Shown in pieces: positions 12,301-25,700 of a DNA stretch of 64,000 bases (position 1 is the stretch's first letter; each line of letters begins with the position of its first letter). This DNA comes from Azolla caroliniana (Eukaryota; Plantae; Polypodiophyta), in contig JBHGNT010000022.1 of NCBI GenBank assembly GCA_043228905.1, forward strand, positions 5,084,001-5,148,000. The letters run 5' to 3'. The notes beneath the pieces are model-generated. The model was given only the letters and a program-made list of their open reading frames with translations, was not told where the DNA came from and did no database searches. Both the position numbers and the translations under genes were made by a program.

Positions 12301-15300
12301 TCATGATGGATGCGCGACGGAAAAAGGCGAGGCGAGATGCGGCTCAACAAGCTGTCGAGAGGGTGGTCGATCGAGTCGGCCGATTCAACGGGGACGATGT
12401 CCCGAGGTTCTTGGAAGCGTACGATGCAGAGATGGCGAAAGGGGGGGTAGACGAGGCGATGCGGCTAGAGTATTTTCCTCGAGTGGCGGCCGTATCGGTG
12501 CACAAGGAGGTCAAGGAGCTACGAGAAGCTCATGAGTCGTGGGTGTCCTTTGAGGGAGCCCTATTGGAGGCGTACGGGTACACGAAACCGGAAGGAAGAG
12601 GTCGACATGTGTTCGATCGGTGGGTGTGTTGGCAACATGATGCGAGGCAGTCGGCCACAACATGGCCCGCGAGCGGCAGAGAAGAGAGAGCGGTGAGTGA
12701 GTACGCACTACCGCCGAAAGAGAGCTCAACGCAAAATGGTTCGGAGGAACTCGACCTAGAGGTGCTAATACGGGAGGCATGTGAGCTTGTGAAGGCGAAA
12801 ATCGGAGCCGAAGAAGGGCTTGTTATGGAGACGGGCCGGAGGCGATCGGAGGATGTGGAGGAAGAAGCCTCCCTAGACGTAGAAGACGGGGCCTATACGG
12901 AGGCCGGGAGAGCGTACGATGGCGACATAGGAGAGGGTGCGGAGCAAGCGACCCTCTTGCCTTGCGGTGAAGGGACGGCCATGGAGGCCGGTAACTACGG
13001 ATTCGGGACATGGCGGCCCGAAACATTGAGTGAGGAGCGGACAAGCGGCGGTGCCGCGACCTTACACACACCGGTCCTAGAGACTCCGGCATCCGGCCCG
13101 AGAGCCGGTGTGAGACCTAGAGTGACGGACGGTGGCGGCGGCAAGGCGGGCAACCGAGACGACGGCATGGGAGAGATGGTGGCAAGCGTAATCGAGGCTT
13201 GCGGAATCGGAGATGGGGTAGCCGCGGACAACGACGACCGGACGGAAGCGGCTACTGACACAACGAGTGGCAGTGTCAGGTCCTTACCCACACCGGTCCT
13301 AGAGGCTCCGGCGGCCGGCCCGAGTGCCGGCGGAGACCTAGAGCGACGGGCGGTGGTGGCGGCAAGGCGGGCTACCACGGCGACGAAGAGAACGAGGAAG
13401 AGATAGCCACGGACCACGGCGTCTGAAGGAAGGTGGCTACGAACATGGCATCGCCGAGTAACGGTATCGGGACTTTTCCCACACCTATTCTAGAGACTTC
13501 GGCAGTTGGCCCCGAGAGCCCACGTGAGACCGGAGAGACGGAAGGTGGCGGCGGCAAAGCGGACGATCGAAACGACGACGAGGAAGGTCATAGCGGATGG
13601 AGGCAAGACCTCTCGAAACCGAGACCGGAGACTACGGCAGTTGCGCTCGAATGCCAACATAAGACCGGAGAGAAGGGCGGTGGCCGTGAGGAGGTGTGGC
13701 CCGGAGCGAACACGTACGAAGATGAGGATGCGAGGCCCGGAATGGGCATATACGAGAGGACCGACGGAGAGGTCGGGAGCGGCAAAGAGGAGAGAGTCGG
13801 GAACCAACCCGACCGGAAGATGGACCGGTCGATAATCCGACATGACCGGAAGACGACGCGGAAGAACATTGGAGCGGGGTCTGGTCAACCGGGCCCGAAC
13901 CGAAGAAGAGCTGGCAAGGTCGGATTTGTTCGGACAAACATGTACCGGCCGGTTACGATTACGGAAGGGAGCCGACCTAACCGGAACTCGATCGGCCGAG
14001 ACCGATCTGGGCGAAGGCTAAGTTGGCACGGTTGGAGGTCGAGGCGAACGGGCCACAACACCCGGTGGGAGCCGGTGAGCGCGAGAAGGAAGCTAACCGG
14101 GCACGGTGATTACGGCTTGGCAGAAGACCGAGAGCGAGAGGAGCCCTCCACATCTATCCTTGAGACTTCGGCGGTTGCGGATCAACATAAGACCGGAGAC
14201 ACGACGGGTGGCGGTGAGGAGTCGGAGATCGGAACTGACGAGGCCACTAGAACGGGTACCCGGTGCGTGAAGACGGACGAGCACGGCCAAGACGGCAAGC
14301 CGGAGTCGAAAGGGGCTACGGCAAGAAAGGACGAAGAGACCGACGCGGAGGTCGGGTCTACGACGGATGAGGCGCGTAATACGAAGTATGCACTACGGCG
14401 TAAAACGGAGCATGCACTATGGCTAGCGAAGGGCCAAGAAGTAAGCATGCACCCGGAAGAGCGGCAACGAGTGACCGGCAACGGTGGACCGGTCGAGCCT
14501 TTGAGAGACAAGCACGCGGCGAGAGACGAAGCCGTAAGGTGTCGAGATCGGCGGATGGGTGGCGAGAGCGAAGGATGGTGCGCGGAGAACAACGGGGTAC
14601 ACACCAGGAAGAGAAAACGCAGCGGCTTCCCGGAGGACATAAAAGGCCAAGCGGGCCAAGAGGGCGCAAGTCGAGGCGAGGCGGTAATGAGAGCCTCGAC
14701 GGACACCGACACGGAGGTCGGGATGACGGTACGCTCTACGGCGAGAGAGCACGACGGGCAAAGGAGAGGCAAGGAACGCGGAATGGGGTCGCCTAAGGGC
14801 CAAAGAATGAGCGCATATTCGGGGGACAACATCGGCGCACGAGAAGAGCCTATGGAAGGCAAGCGCGGAGCAGGAAGAGTCGACACGCCGAGGTGTTCGG
14901 CATGCAGAGACGATAAAACCAAAGGAGGAACATACGCGGCACGAAAAGGGCGGAATCCGGAGTACGATCGGAGAGTTCAGCAACGCACCCGGAGGATATA
15001 CAAGCCTTTGCGAGGAATGCGCACGGCGAGAGACGGAGCGATGAGGTGCCGGTATTGGCGGATGATCGACGAGCATGAAAGGCTATGTCTTGAGAACTGG
15101 AGGAGGTGCGTGGAGAGCAACGGGCTACGCGCCGGGAAGAGGAAGCACGGCTTCCCGGAAGGCATGCGAGGCCAAGCGGGCCAAGAGGACGAGAGTCGGG
15201 ATGAAGCGGTAACGGGAGTCGCGAAAGACATTGACATGGTGGTCGGGATGACGGTACGCTCTACGACGAGAGAGCACGACGAGCAAGGGAGAAGCAAGGA

Positions 15301-16603
15301 GTGCGTAATGGGGTTACGTAAGGACCGAAGAACGAGCACGCATTCGATGGACGACAACGACGCACGGAAAGTGCCTACGGAAGCCGAGTGCAGAACGAAG
15401 GGAGTCGGTACGAGGTGTTCGGGGCGAGGAGAAGGTTGAGCCGGAGGTGGAACACACGCGATATGCGAGGAGCGGCACCCGACGAGCAATCGAAGTAATC
15501 GGGGGTCTAACCGGAGGACATGCGCGGTGAGCGAAGGAAGGGAGACCGGATCGGCAACGGTGTTCGGGATGGCCGGTCGAAGAAGAAGGTGCATGCGCCG
15601 GACATGGCGGATCGGATGGAGCCGACGGTTCGGGGAAACGTGGTGGACGTGGTGGATCGGATGGAGTCGGCGGATCGGGGCCGGCAAGACGGATCGGCGC
15701 CAGCAAGGGACCAGCAAGGCGGTTGGGTGTCGGTAAGGCGAAAGACCCGGTTGATCACCATCGCCGAAATCTCTAACCCTTTTCCTTTCTTGGCACATAC
15801 CGGTGGATGTGCGGTTTGGTGGGGGTGGATGTCGTGAAGATTTCCGGCTATAGTGTGAAACCGGGGTGGAATGGGCAAATCGGTGGTGTGCAACATGTGC
15901 ACGTTGTCGTGCCTTTCGGCTCCGGATCGTTTGCGTGAGTCGGGTGGGAACCACCGAGGTTTTGGACTAGGAGGAGGAAGAATTTGAGGCTAATCTAGTT
16001 ATGAATATGAATAGATTATAAGAAAGAGATATAGAAACTTGTGAATCCCACAAGTATAATTGTTTTAGTTTATCTAAATCGTAGTAATAAATTGAAATAA
16101 TTTAGAATAGATTAGAGTAGATTGAGAAAAGAGATCAAACCTTGTGAATCCCACAAGTATTACATTAATCAATATTTATGTAAGAATATGAATTTAGATT
16201 GAAAGAGATAGATTATCTTAAACTTCGTGAATCCCACGAGTATATTTTATTGATTGTTGGTGTTTTAGGAAATATATCCAATTTCCCAAATATTTCACAC
16301 CTATTACATTGTGCTCCCCATCCTTATGTAGTGATGGGAGAGACTAAGCATAGCTACATGCTTTTTTTTCTAATATGTTCATGCACACTAAATGTGCATG
16401 TGATGCTTTTCTAATCCTTGCTTTTATTTGCTAAATATAGTGCTCATGCACGCTAGATGTGCATGAGTCACTTTTTAGTCGCTTGCGTTTTTCTATAAAA
16501 TATTCACGCACTCTAAAAATACATGATTTACCTTTTAATAAAGGTAGGCGCAAATAAAGCACTTATAGTTATTAAATCTATTTATAGAACATTAAAGATA
16601 AGG

Positions 16604-16683
16604 TAGCATAATGGTAAAGTTAAGGTTTGGCTACGTGGAGGTACAGGGTTCGAATCCTGCCCTATGCACGTGATAAATATTTT
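16604..16683 (+). promoter_or_regulatory. tRNA-type Pol III box A/box B and T-run inside LTR
   Basis: TAGCATAATGG 16604-16614, GGTTCGAATCC 16647-16657, TTTT 16680-16683. Confidence 0.6.
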
Positions 16684-19381
16684 GATATTCTTATTTTATT
16701 TATTTATATGTAATTAAATCGTTTATATTATTTTTTACTTTTTCACGTAGTGTACGAAATACACTACGACACTCGCCCCCTCCGAACCCGCACATCCTCC
16801 GGTATGTGCCGAAGTTGCCGATGCTCGTTGTCTCCCCTTCATCCTCCGTTTGTCCCGCTATGTCAACTTTGTCTCTCCATTTTGAATAGACCCATTCTTT
16901 CCACCCGAACCATTGTCGCCATCCGATCCACCATATTCTTTGTTCTCTCTCGTCATATTCTTGGCCCTTGTCATTCGTGGTAGTGTCTTTTACTGGCCTC
17001 TTTCTTGTCTTCATCAACCTTGACTTTTTTCCGAATCGCTCTCGTCCGATCGACTTTCGGTTTGATCGGCTTCCGATCGGATTCGTATTCGGCCAAATCG
17101 GAATCGGTTGTTCGGTTTCGATTGAGTCGGTCTCCTTCCGGCCCGGTTTCGATCTATCGGTTTCGGTTTTGGTTGGCTTTCTTTTCCTCGTTTTCACCAG
17201 CCTCGACCGGTCCAACCTCCAGTTGAGTCGGATTAGCTTCTTTCCGGATCGGTCTCGTTTGTGTCGTCTTTCGGCCGAATTCTCTTCCTTTCGGTTCGGC
17301 TTTCTTTCGGGTCGACTTTCGGTCGAATCCTCTTTTACCCGGTTCGGCTTTCTTTCGGATCGGAATCCCGTCCGGATCACCTTCCATCCTAACTGGCTTC
17401 CGACTTTACCTTTCTTGCCACCACCTCCCGTCTCTCCGGTCTCACGTTGGTTCTCGGACACAACTGCCGAAGTCTCTAGAATTAGTGGGTAGGAATCCTC
17501 GGTATTATCATCCTCCGTTGTTTCACCCATAGCCATATTCTCGGCTATCTCTCCGTCGTATGCATCGACTTCGACCTTTGTTTTCTCTCCGCCACCTTCC
17601 GTCTCTTCGGTCTCACGTTGCCTTTCGAACGCAACCGCCGGAGTCTCTGGAATCAGTGGTGGGGAAGTCTCGATATGGCCATCCGTCGTTGATTCGTCCA
17701 TAGCCACCTTCGATTCGATGTCATCTTTCATGGCGACCTCCTCAATCAAGTCCTCCTTGCTCTCTTTCACTGCATCAATTATGCAAACATCAATTATGCT
17801 TACCCCTTTTTCACCCGATGTTTCGGACACTTGTATTCCGAAATCTTCTTCTACACTTGGGTTATCGGCCTTATCCTTTGTCGTTGTTCTTTCGCAAGAC
17901 AAGAGGGTAGCTTGTTTTACACCCTCTTCCGTCGGACCATCATGTTGTATTTCAGCCTTCATATCGGCTCCATCGTTTGTCTTCAATCGACCATCCTTCA
18001 TTGGCCATGTCGTTGACAAGATTCTCATCTTCCTCTCATCATGTCTCCGGCATACCCTTTGGACTTCGGCCCAATCTTCGGTAAGACCATTCGCACCGTC
18101 ATCGTCTTCAAGTTCAATCCCAATGTCCTTCCTTTCTTTCCGATCAATCGATCTTACGAACATTAGGACTTTATCCTCCCCCACCAACCGTTGTTCCCGC
18201 TCCGAGAGTTGAGCAAGACGATGCTCGAACTCTAGGAATGCTTGTGTTGCACTTCGGTGGGTCTTCTCCGATGCCACCCATTCGTCGAATTTTCGCCGAT
18301 CTTGTCCCTTTGATCTCTTGTAATCATATGCCTCTCGTAAAGCTTCTTCGAATGACCCCTATGTCGAGTTTTGTTGCCGTATCTTGTGGATTCTCTCTTG
18401 TAGCTCATCCGTGGCCACCCGATTGAAGGATGTCACTTGCAATCCTTCCGGTATCCCACATCGTATCATCTCCGCCTTGTAGTCACGTAGATAGCGTGAC
18501 ACATCGTTTCCGTTGAATTGTCCGTTTCGTTGTACGAGCCGCTTTACTGCCCCCGTGATCTCCGACATCACTCGTTGTTCTTGTAGCATCCGCTCGAACA
18601 TCATCATCATCATTATGCTCATTGCCTCTTGTTGATTCTCCATCTCCTTGCCACCCGTCTTCACGTCGGGTTCACCAACTGTGTCGTGCCTTTCGGCTCC
18701 GGATCGTTTGCGTGAGTCGGGTGGGAACCACCGAGGTTTTGGACTAGGAGGAGGAAGAATTTGAGGCTAATCTAGTTATGAATATGAATAGATTATAAGA
18801 AAGAGATATAGAAACTTGTGAATCCCACAAGTATAATTGTTTTAGTTTATCTAAATCGTAGTAATAAATTGAAATAATTTAGAATAGATTAGAGTAGATT
18901 GAGAAAAGAGATCAAACCTTGTGAATCCCACAAGTATTACATTAATCAATATTTATGTAAGAATATGAATTTAGATTGAAAGAGATAGATTATCTTAAAC
19001 TTCGTGAATCCCACGAGTATATTTTATTGATTGTTGGTGTTTTAGGAAATATATCCAATTTCCCAAATATTTCACACCTATTACATTGTGCTCCCCATCC
19101 TTATGTAGTGATGGGAGAGACTAAGCATAGCTACATGCTTTTTTTTTCTAATATGTTCATGCACACTAAATGTGCATGTGATGCTTTTCTAATCCTTGCT
19201 TTTATTTGCTAAATATAGTGCTCATGCACGCTAGATGTGCATGAGTCACTTTTTAGTCGCTTGCGTTTTTCTATAAAATATTCACGCACTCTAAAAATAC
19301 ATGATTTACCTTTTAATAAAGGTAGGCGCAAATAAAGCACTTATAGTTATTAAATCTATTTATAAAACATTAAAGATAAGG

Positions 19382-19460
19382 TAGCATAATGGTAAAGTTA
19401 AGGTTTGGCTACGTGGAGGTACAGGGTTCGAATCCTGCCCTATGCACGTGATAAATATTT
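19382..19460 (+). promoter_or_regulatory. tRNA-type Pol III box A/box B and T-run inside the second LTR copy
   Basis: TAGCATAATGG 19382-19392, GGTTCGAATCC 19425-19435, TTTT at 19457-19460. Confidence 0.6.
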
Positions 19461-21864
19461 TGATATTCTTATTTTATTTATTTATATGTAATTAAATCGT
19501 TTATATTATTTTTTACTTTTTCACGTAGTGTACGAAATACACTACGACAACGTGTATACTAGGAAATGGTGTGTAGAAAGAAGAGGGGAATTTTATCCCA
19601 CATTGTAAGGTCCCTCCCTCCTTGGGCTATAAAAAGAAGGGAGGGGTCACTAATGAGGGGGTTGCCTATTTTGAGGGAGAGAGGCATACCACTTAGGTCG
19701 ACGGTTTCTTATTCGGTTTTAGGGTTTCGGTCAGGGTTTTCTTGGGTTTTCCTTTAGGGTTTTCTTATAGTCGTTTGGTGCGGCCATGGCGGCCACCATT
19801 GTAAAGCGTTTATGTTTTCTTAATAGAACTTCTTGTTGAGTATCTTGACTCCATCTTCTTCATCTTCTTCTATCATAATGTCATATTCGTTCTCTTCTCC
19901 TCTTGAGCTATGAGCTAATCTTCCATTCGTTGTCTTAACCTTTCTCCTCTTCTCCCTAGTCCAAGACCCCCGTGGTCCTGCCCCTTCCACATGCATGCGT
20001 GTAACAACGCGACAACGCGATGAATGAAGAAATGCAAGCCTTGTGCAAAAACAAAACTTGGGATCTTGTTCCCCATTCACCTCACAGGAAAGCAATTGGT
20101 TGCAGATGGATCTATAAGGTCAAATACAATGCCGATGGCTCCGTAAATTGCTTCAAAGCACGACTCATCACAAAAGGATATGAACAAACGCACGGAGTCG
20201 ATTACGAGGAGACCCTTGGCCCAGTGGCAAAGATGACGAGTGTGCGGACCGTAATTGCACTCGCAGCCGCGAAAGGGTGGCATCTCCACCAATTGGAAGA
20301 GGTGTATATGGTACAACCACCCGGCTTTGAATTGCATACTCATCCAAAAGTTGTGTGCCGGCTTAAGAAGCCGATCTACAACCTCAAGCAAGCACCACGT
20401 GCTTGGCATTCGAGGATCACTCAATATCTTTTCCAAATCGGCTTTCAAATGTCAAAATTGGTCAACGCCCTATACATCCGAAATGAGCCACACAACCTGA
20501 TTTTCCTTATCCTATACGTGGATGATATAGTAATCGGAGGAAAGGATCTCCCCGAGATGATTAAGGTCAAATCACTCCTATCTAGCAGATTCGAAATGAA
20601 AGACTTGGACGAGCTCCATTACTTCCTTGGCATCGAAGTAATTCGAACACCAGTCAGGATATTGATCTCTCAACGACACTACGTTCTCACCTTGCTCTAC
20701 AAGTTCGGAATGACCAAGTGCAAACCCGTGTCTACCCCACTTAACCGAAATCTCAAGCTCAATGTTGATTCCGGCACTACTGAGTGCGATCCAACTCAGT
20801 ATCGACAACTGATCGGCAACCTAATTTATCTAATAATCACACAACTCGACCTCCGTTATTCAGTTGGCCTACTTAGCCAATTTACACAGAACCCATGAAA
20901 TGATCATCTCGATTGCGCCAAGAGGATACTTCGTTATGTTAATACGAGGATGGATTACGGCATCATCTATAAATCTAATATGCTTATTCGACTCGAAGGG
21001 GGTACACGAACGCAGATTGGGCCTATTATAAGGCCAATAGATGATCCACTTCCGGATTTGTCTTCTCCCTCGGCAGTGGAGCGATCTCCTGGAGTAGTAA
21101 GAAACAGCCAACAGTCGCACTATCGAGCACGAAGGCCGAATACAGGGATGCAACAGTCATCGCGTTCGAAGCTGTCTAGCTCAAATGCATCTTGAAGGAC
21201 CTGGGCGTTCCCATCACGGATCCAATTTGCCTCTTCTGCAACAACATGAGCAGTATCTACCTCGTTCGGAACCAAGTATTCCACACGCGGACTAAACATA
21301 TCGAAGTGCACTACCACTTCATTCGCGAGCGTGTTCACGCTGGCGAAATAGATCTCCAACATATCAATACAAACCTTCAAATTGCTGACATCTTTACAAA
21401 GGCCTTAGGAGTTGACAAGCTTAGGCAATTCATATCAAACATCGGTCTCACGATCTCTACATTGCCAAGCTTGAGGGGGAGTATAGCAAGTGACACGGAA
21501 GCAGCCGAGAAGTAGAAGTAACCGACCAGAGGAGTCGAAGTACGACGAACAACGAGCATGAAGCCGAAAAGCCGAACAACCAAGTTCAAAGATTTCGAAA
21601 GCCGAAAGCCGATTCATCCAATTCGAAGTATTCCGAAGACCGAACCGAACCGACTTTTCGACATACAGAAATTGTGTTTGACGAGGCGTGTTGAGAATCC
21701 AACTGAACTTCCCATAGAGCGAGTGTTCACACGAGTTAGTGGACATCGTACTAGGACATTTTTGTAATTAGTAGAATGGGCATTTGCCCTACACTAGTTG
21801 GTATTTAAACCAATCTCTTGTAGCCTAGTTACTGTTGGACGTAATATACATTTTCTTGCTTTAG

Positions 21865-21927
<63 letters not shown>

Positions 21928-22199
21928 CTCATGTGCACATACACACACATTCTTTATAGGTTCATACGGTCAAAGGTGATTATGATAGTTATAAGAGTTA
22001 TGGAAATACAACAAACCGGAAAAGAAGGAGAATTCAACGAGTCTGGTTGTCTATTCCTATCATGTTGGATGTAGGTGATGATGTTGAGCGGAACTACGTT
22101 TCACTTAGTTGGTTGTTGCCACTACCAGCGTTGTTCTTAGTGCAAACGACATGAGTTAAGATGGAGGAGGTGGTTGCGGCATATTGGAATGGTTTACTG

Positions 22200-22758
22200 A
22201 TGTAAATTGGATTTTGACGGTAATCGGCGAGACGCTTGATGCGGAAAATAAAGCAGATTCTCTATTTTCGATAAGGATGAGTGATGATGGTGTCGGGGGC
22301 AGGAGCATATTTTCATGAGGAGATGAATAGAGTAGACTCATTTTGTTTTTGTAGGTACTGGATTTTGGTGATAATCGGCGAGAGTGAGATGGTTGATGTG
22401 GGCGTAATGAAGCAAATTTTCATTTTTTGATCAAGATGAGTGATGATGGTGTGGGGGCGAAGCATATTCTCATGAGGAGATGAGGAAACTAGACTCATTT
22501 TGTTGTTGTATGTATAAGATTTGGTGGTAATTAGCGAGGTGGTTGATGTGGACTTAATGAAGTAGATTTTATGTTTTTGATAAGGATGAGTGATGATGGT
22601 GTGCGGACCGAAGGATATTCTCATGATGAGATGAAGAGAGTAGGCTCATTTTGTTTTTGTAGGTACAGGATTTTGGTGATAATCGGCGAGAGCAAGATGT
22701 TTGATGTGGACTTAATGAACCAACTTTTATGTTTTTTTATCAAGAAGCATGATGATGC
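22200..22758. repeat. ~150-160 bp tandem repeat array, left part
   Basis: Recurring gatgagtgatgatggtgt...gcatattctcatgaggagatg...gactcattttgtt units at about 22277, 22436 and 22586. Confidence 0.85.
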
Positions 22759-25700
22759 TGTTGGGAAATAGGTCCCTCCGGATGAGAACCGAATGAGCCA
22801 GATCAGACGTGTAGTTGACGACGTCAACTGGGTGCAAGTTGTTGCTGAAAGACGTCCGACACGTTCCGAAGGTTCGGTTGAACCTGATATCAGTCGGTCG
22901 GCTAGATGATGAAGGCTACATGGGTAGCATCGGTACAGAAGTCATGAAGCTTAGCAAAGGGAGCTTGATCATGCGTCGAGCTCGAAAGATCAACACCTTG
23001 TACCTAATGCATGCCCGGATTTGTCGAGAAGAAGTGAACATAGTATCTGACATTGCCAGTGAGTTGTGCTACAAAAGGTTGTGTCACATGAGCCAGAAAG
23101 GGATGCATATACTTGCCAAAGATAACCTCATACCGAAGGTGAAAGGCGTGCAACTTGCTTGAGAATTGCACCAATTGCTTGGCCAGCAAGCAGAATTGAA
23201 CCTCGTTCCCAACCCCACCACCGATGAGACGGAATGCACCACTAGAACTTGTGTGTACCGATGTATGCCAAGTGGTCACGAAGTCACATGCCGGATTGTA
23301 GTACTTTGTGATAATCATAGATAACCACAGCTGGAAGTTGTGGGTCTCACCGTTGAAGACGAAGGATCAGGTACTATCCGTCTTCACGGAATTCCACGCG
23401 AGATTGGAAAGGGAAACCGGCCGGAAGCTAAAGGCAGTTTGAGTAGACAACGGAGGCGAATAACGGGGGCAGTTCGAGGAGTACTGTCGGACGAAGGGAA
23501 TCTGTCTCGAACTCACTGTGTCGAAGACACCGGAGTTGAATGGACTAGCCAAAAGGATGAGCCTGACCGTAATGGAGAGAGTCCAGAGCATGTTGGCACA
23601 TGCTAAGCTGACCAAGACATTTTGGGTTGAGGCGCTGATGACAGTGACATATGTGATAAACAGATCACCTTCGGTGCCCTTGGACGGAGACACACCACAG
23701 AGAATATGGACCGGTAAAGACGTATCTTACCGGCATCTAAAGGTGTTCGGTTGTCTCGCCTACGTGCATGTTGCAAAGGACAAGAGAACGAAATTGGATC
23801 TGAAGTCCTGACCGTGCATATTCCTTGGATGCGATGACGATGAGTCCAGTTACCAAGTGTGGCACTTGGTCAACAAGAAGGTCTTCCAGAGTAGAGACAT
23901 AGTCTTCATGGAAGACAAGAACATTGCCAACTAGGAGTCGGAGAAGAAGATAGCGGACTCCGGATCAACCGACAGAGATCGGTCGGAAGTTACAAGGAGC
24001 CATCTGATTGGAAGTCGGACGACACTCGAAGAACCGGACGGATTCGGACAAGAAACTAAACCAACCGAGGAAGAAGAATTGGACATCAGAACCGGAGAAA
24101 ACCTTGAACCGGATTTGAATGAAGAACAATCGGAGGAACCGGTAGTCGAAAACCAAGGACGGAGATACCCTCTAAGAGAGAGGAGGGCCCCCCAGAGATT
24201 TCCTGATGTAGAGCATGTGCTACTGACCAACAAGGGGGATCTGGAAAGCTTCGAAGAAGCAAAGAAAGACATCCACTACCACATGTGGTTAAGTGCCATG
24301 CAAGATGAGATGCATTCCCTGCATGAGAACCACACATATGAATTGATGGAGCTACCAAAAAGGAAAGAGAGCACTCCAAAACAAGTGGGTGTACAAGCTG
24401 AAACCGGGAGATGCCGAAAATCCACCAAGGTACAAAGACCACACTATGGTGAAGGGTTTCCACCAAAAGAAAGGAGTGGATTTCGATGAGATTTTTGCCC
24501 CAGTAGTAAAGATGACATCCATCCGGACTATGTTGAGCATAGCAGCAAGCATGAACCTCAAGGTCGAGCAACTAGACGTCAAGACAACATTCCTGCATGG
24601 TGACCTCAAAGAAGAGATCTGCATGCAACAACCGTGGAGGGATTTGTCAAGAAAGGGAAGGAGCACCTGGTGTGTCGATTGCAGAAGAGCTTATACGGAC
24701 TACAACAAGCTCCTTGGCAATGGTATCGGAAGTTTGACTCCTTCATGACCAACCACGTATACCACAAGTCGCAAGCCGACCACTGCGTGTTCGTGAAGAA
24801 TTTTGACAGAGGCAACTTCATGATACTCCTGATGTATGTGGACGACATGTTGATCGTTGTACCGAACCAAATCAAAATCAAGAATCTGAAGAAGGCCTTC
24901 AACCGGACCTTCTCAATGAAAGATTTGGGTCTAATAAGACAGATATTGGGGATGCACATAGTCCAAGACCGGAAAAAAAAGCTATTGTGGTTGTCACAAG
25001 AGAAGTACGCGACAAAGGTGCTCCAACGATTCAACATGGCGGATGAGAAACCGGTTGGATCTACACTTTTGGCAAACTGCAAGTTGTTCGGGAAGCAGAG
25101 CCCGAAGACAAATACGAAAAAGTTAGAGATTATGAAAATGATGAAGATACCATATGTCTCTTCCATTGGAACCTTGATGTGCTCAATGGTGTGTACCCGG
25201 CCGGATATCAGATATGCAGTCGGAGTGGTCAGCCGGTTCATGAGCAATTCGGGAAGAGAACACTGGACCGCGGTCAAGTGGATACACCGATACTTGAAAG
25301 GCACTCCGAGCATGTGCCTCCAATTCGGCTCATGTAAACCCCAACTTGAAGGATTCACAGATTCGGATATGTCGGCTGATGCGGATATCAACCGGTCTAC
25401 ATCCGGATATGTCATGACTTATGCAGGGGGAGCTGTATCGTGGCAATTAAGGCTGTAAAAGGTCATTGCATTTTCGACAACGGAAGCGGAGTACATGGCG
25501 GTTGTAGAAGTCGGTAAAGAGGTGATATGGATGACGGGCTTCATTGGAGAGCTAGGGATCCAACAAGAGGAATTTTGGCTCTACTACGACAGTCAAAGTG
25601 CCATTCACCTCGCGAAGAACACGGCCTACCACTCCCGGACCAAGCACATCCAAAGAAGATATCACTGGCTCTGGGAGAGAGTAGAAGATAAACAGTTCTT

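Larger units (their letters stand above)
15905..19549 (-). mobile_element. Very young non-autonomous gypsy-type LTR element nested in the 3' LTR of the previous element
   Basis: LTRs 15905-16771 and 18682-19549 nearly identical (about 2 differences seen); TSD ACGT; tRNA-Trp PBS at 18661-18677; gag-like frame 18664-16700 (QFNGNDVSRYL) broken by a single TAG at 18359-18361. Confidence 0.92.
11677..20014 (+). mobile_element. Non-autonomous gypsy-type LTR element (gag-like ORF only), tRNA-Trp primed
   Basis: 5' LTR 11677-12216; 3' LTR 15830-15904 + 19550-20014; PBS tggtgaacccgacgtga at 12222-12238 matches the plant tRNA-Trp 3' end; TSD ACGT/ACGC; ORFs 12255-13406 and 13433-15439 with gag-like RFNGDDVPRFL start; no RT or integrase motifs. 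Confidence 0.85.
9386..21960 (+). mobile_element. Ty1/copia element (gag-PR-INT 9386-11676; RT-RH 20015-21515; 3' LTR from 21689) interrupted by gypsy insertions
   Basis: CGYYGKHGH knuckle remnant, WFVDSGAS protease, LWHKRIGH and VHSDVWGP integrase, LYVDD RT; WVDAMNEEM is rejoined when 11677-20014 is removed. LTR right end is approximate. Confidence 0.85.

Noticed and set aside
16596-16670. Functional tRNA gene in the LTR
   Set aside because: Boxes A and B are present, but acceptor, anticodon and T stems do not pair into a cloverleaf; kept only as a Pol III-like promoter.
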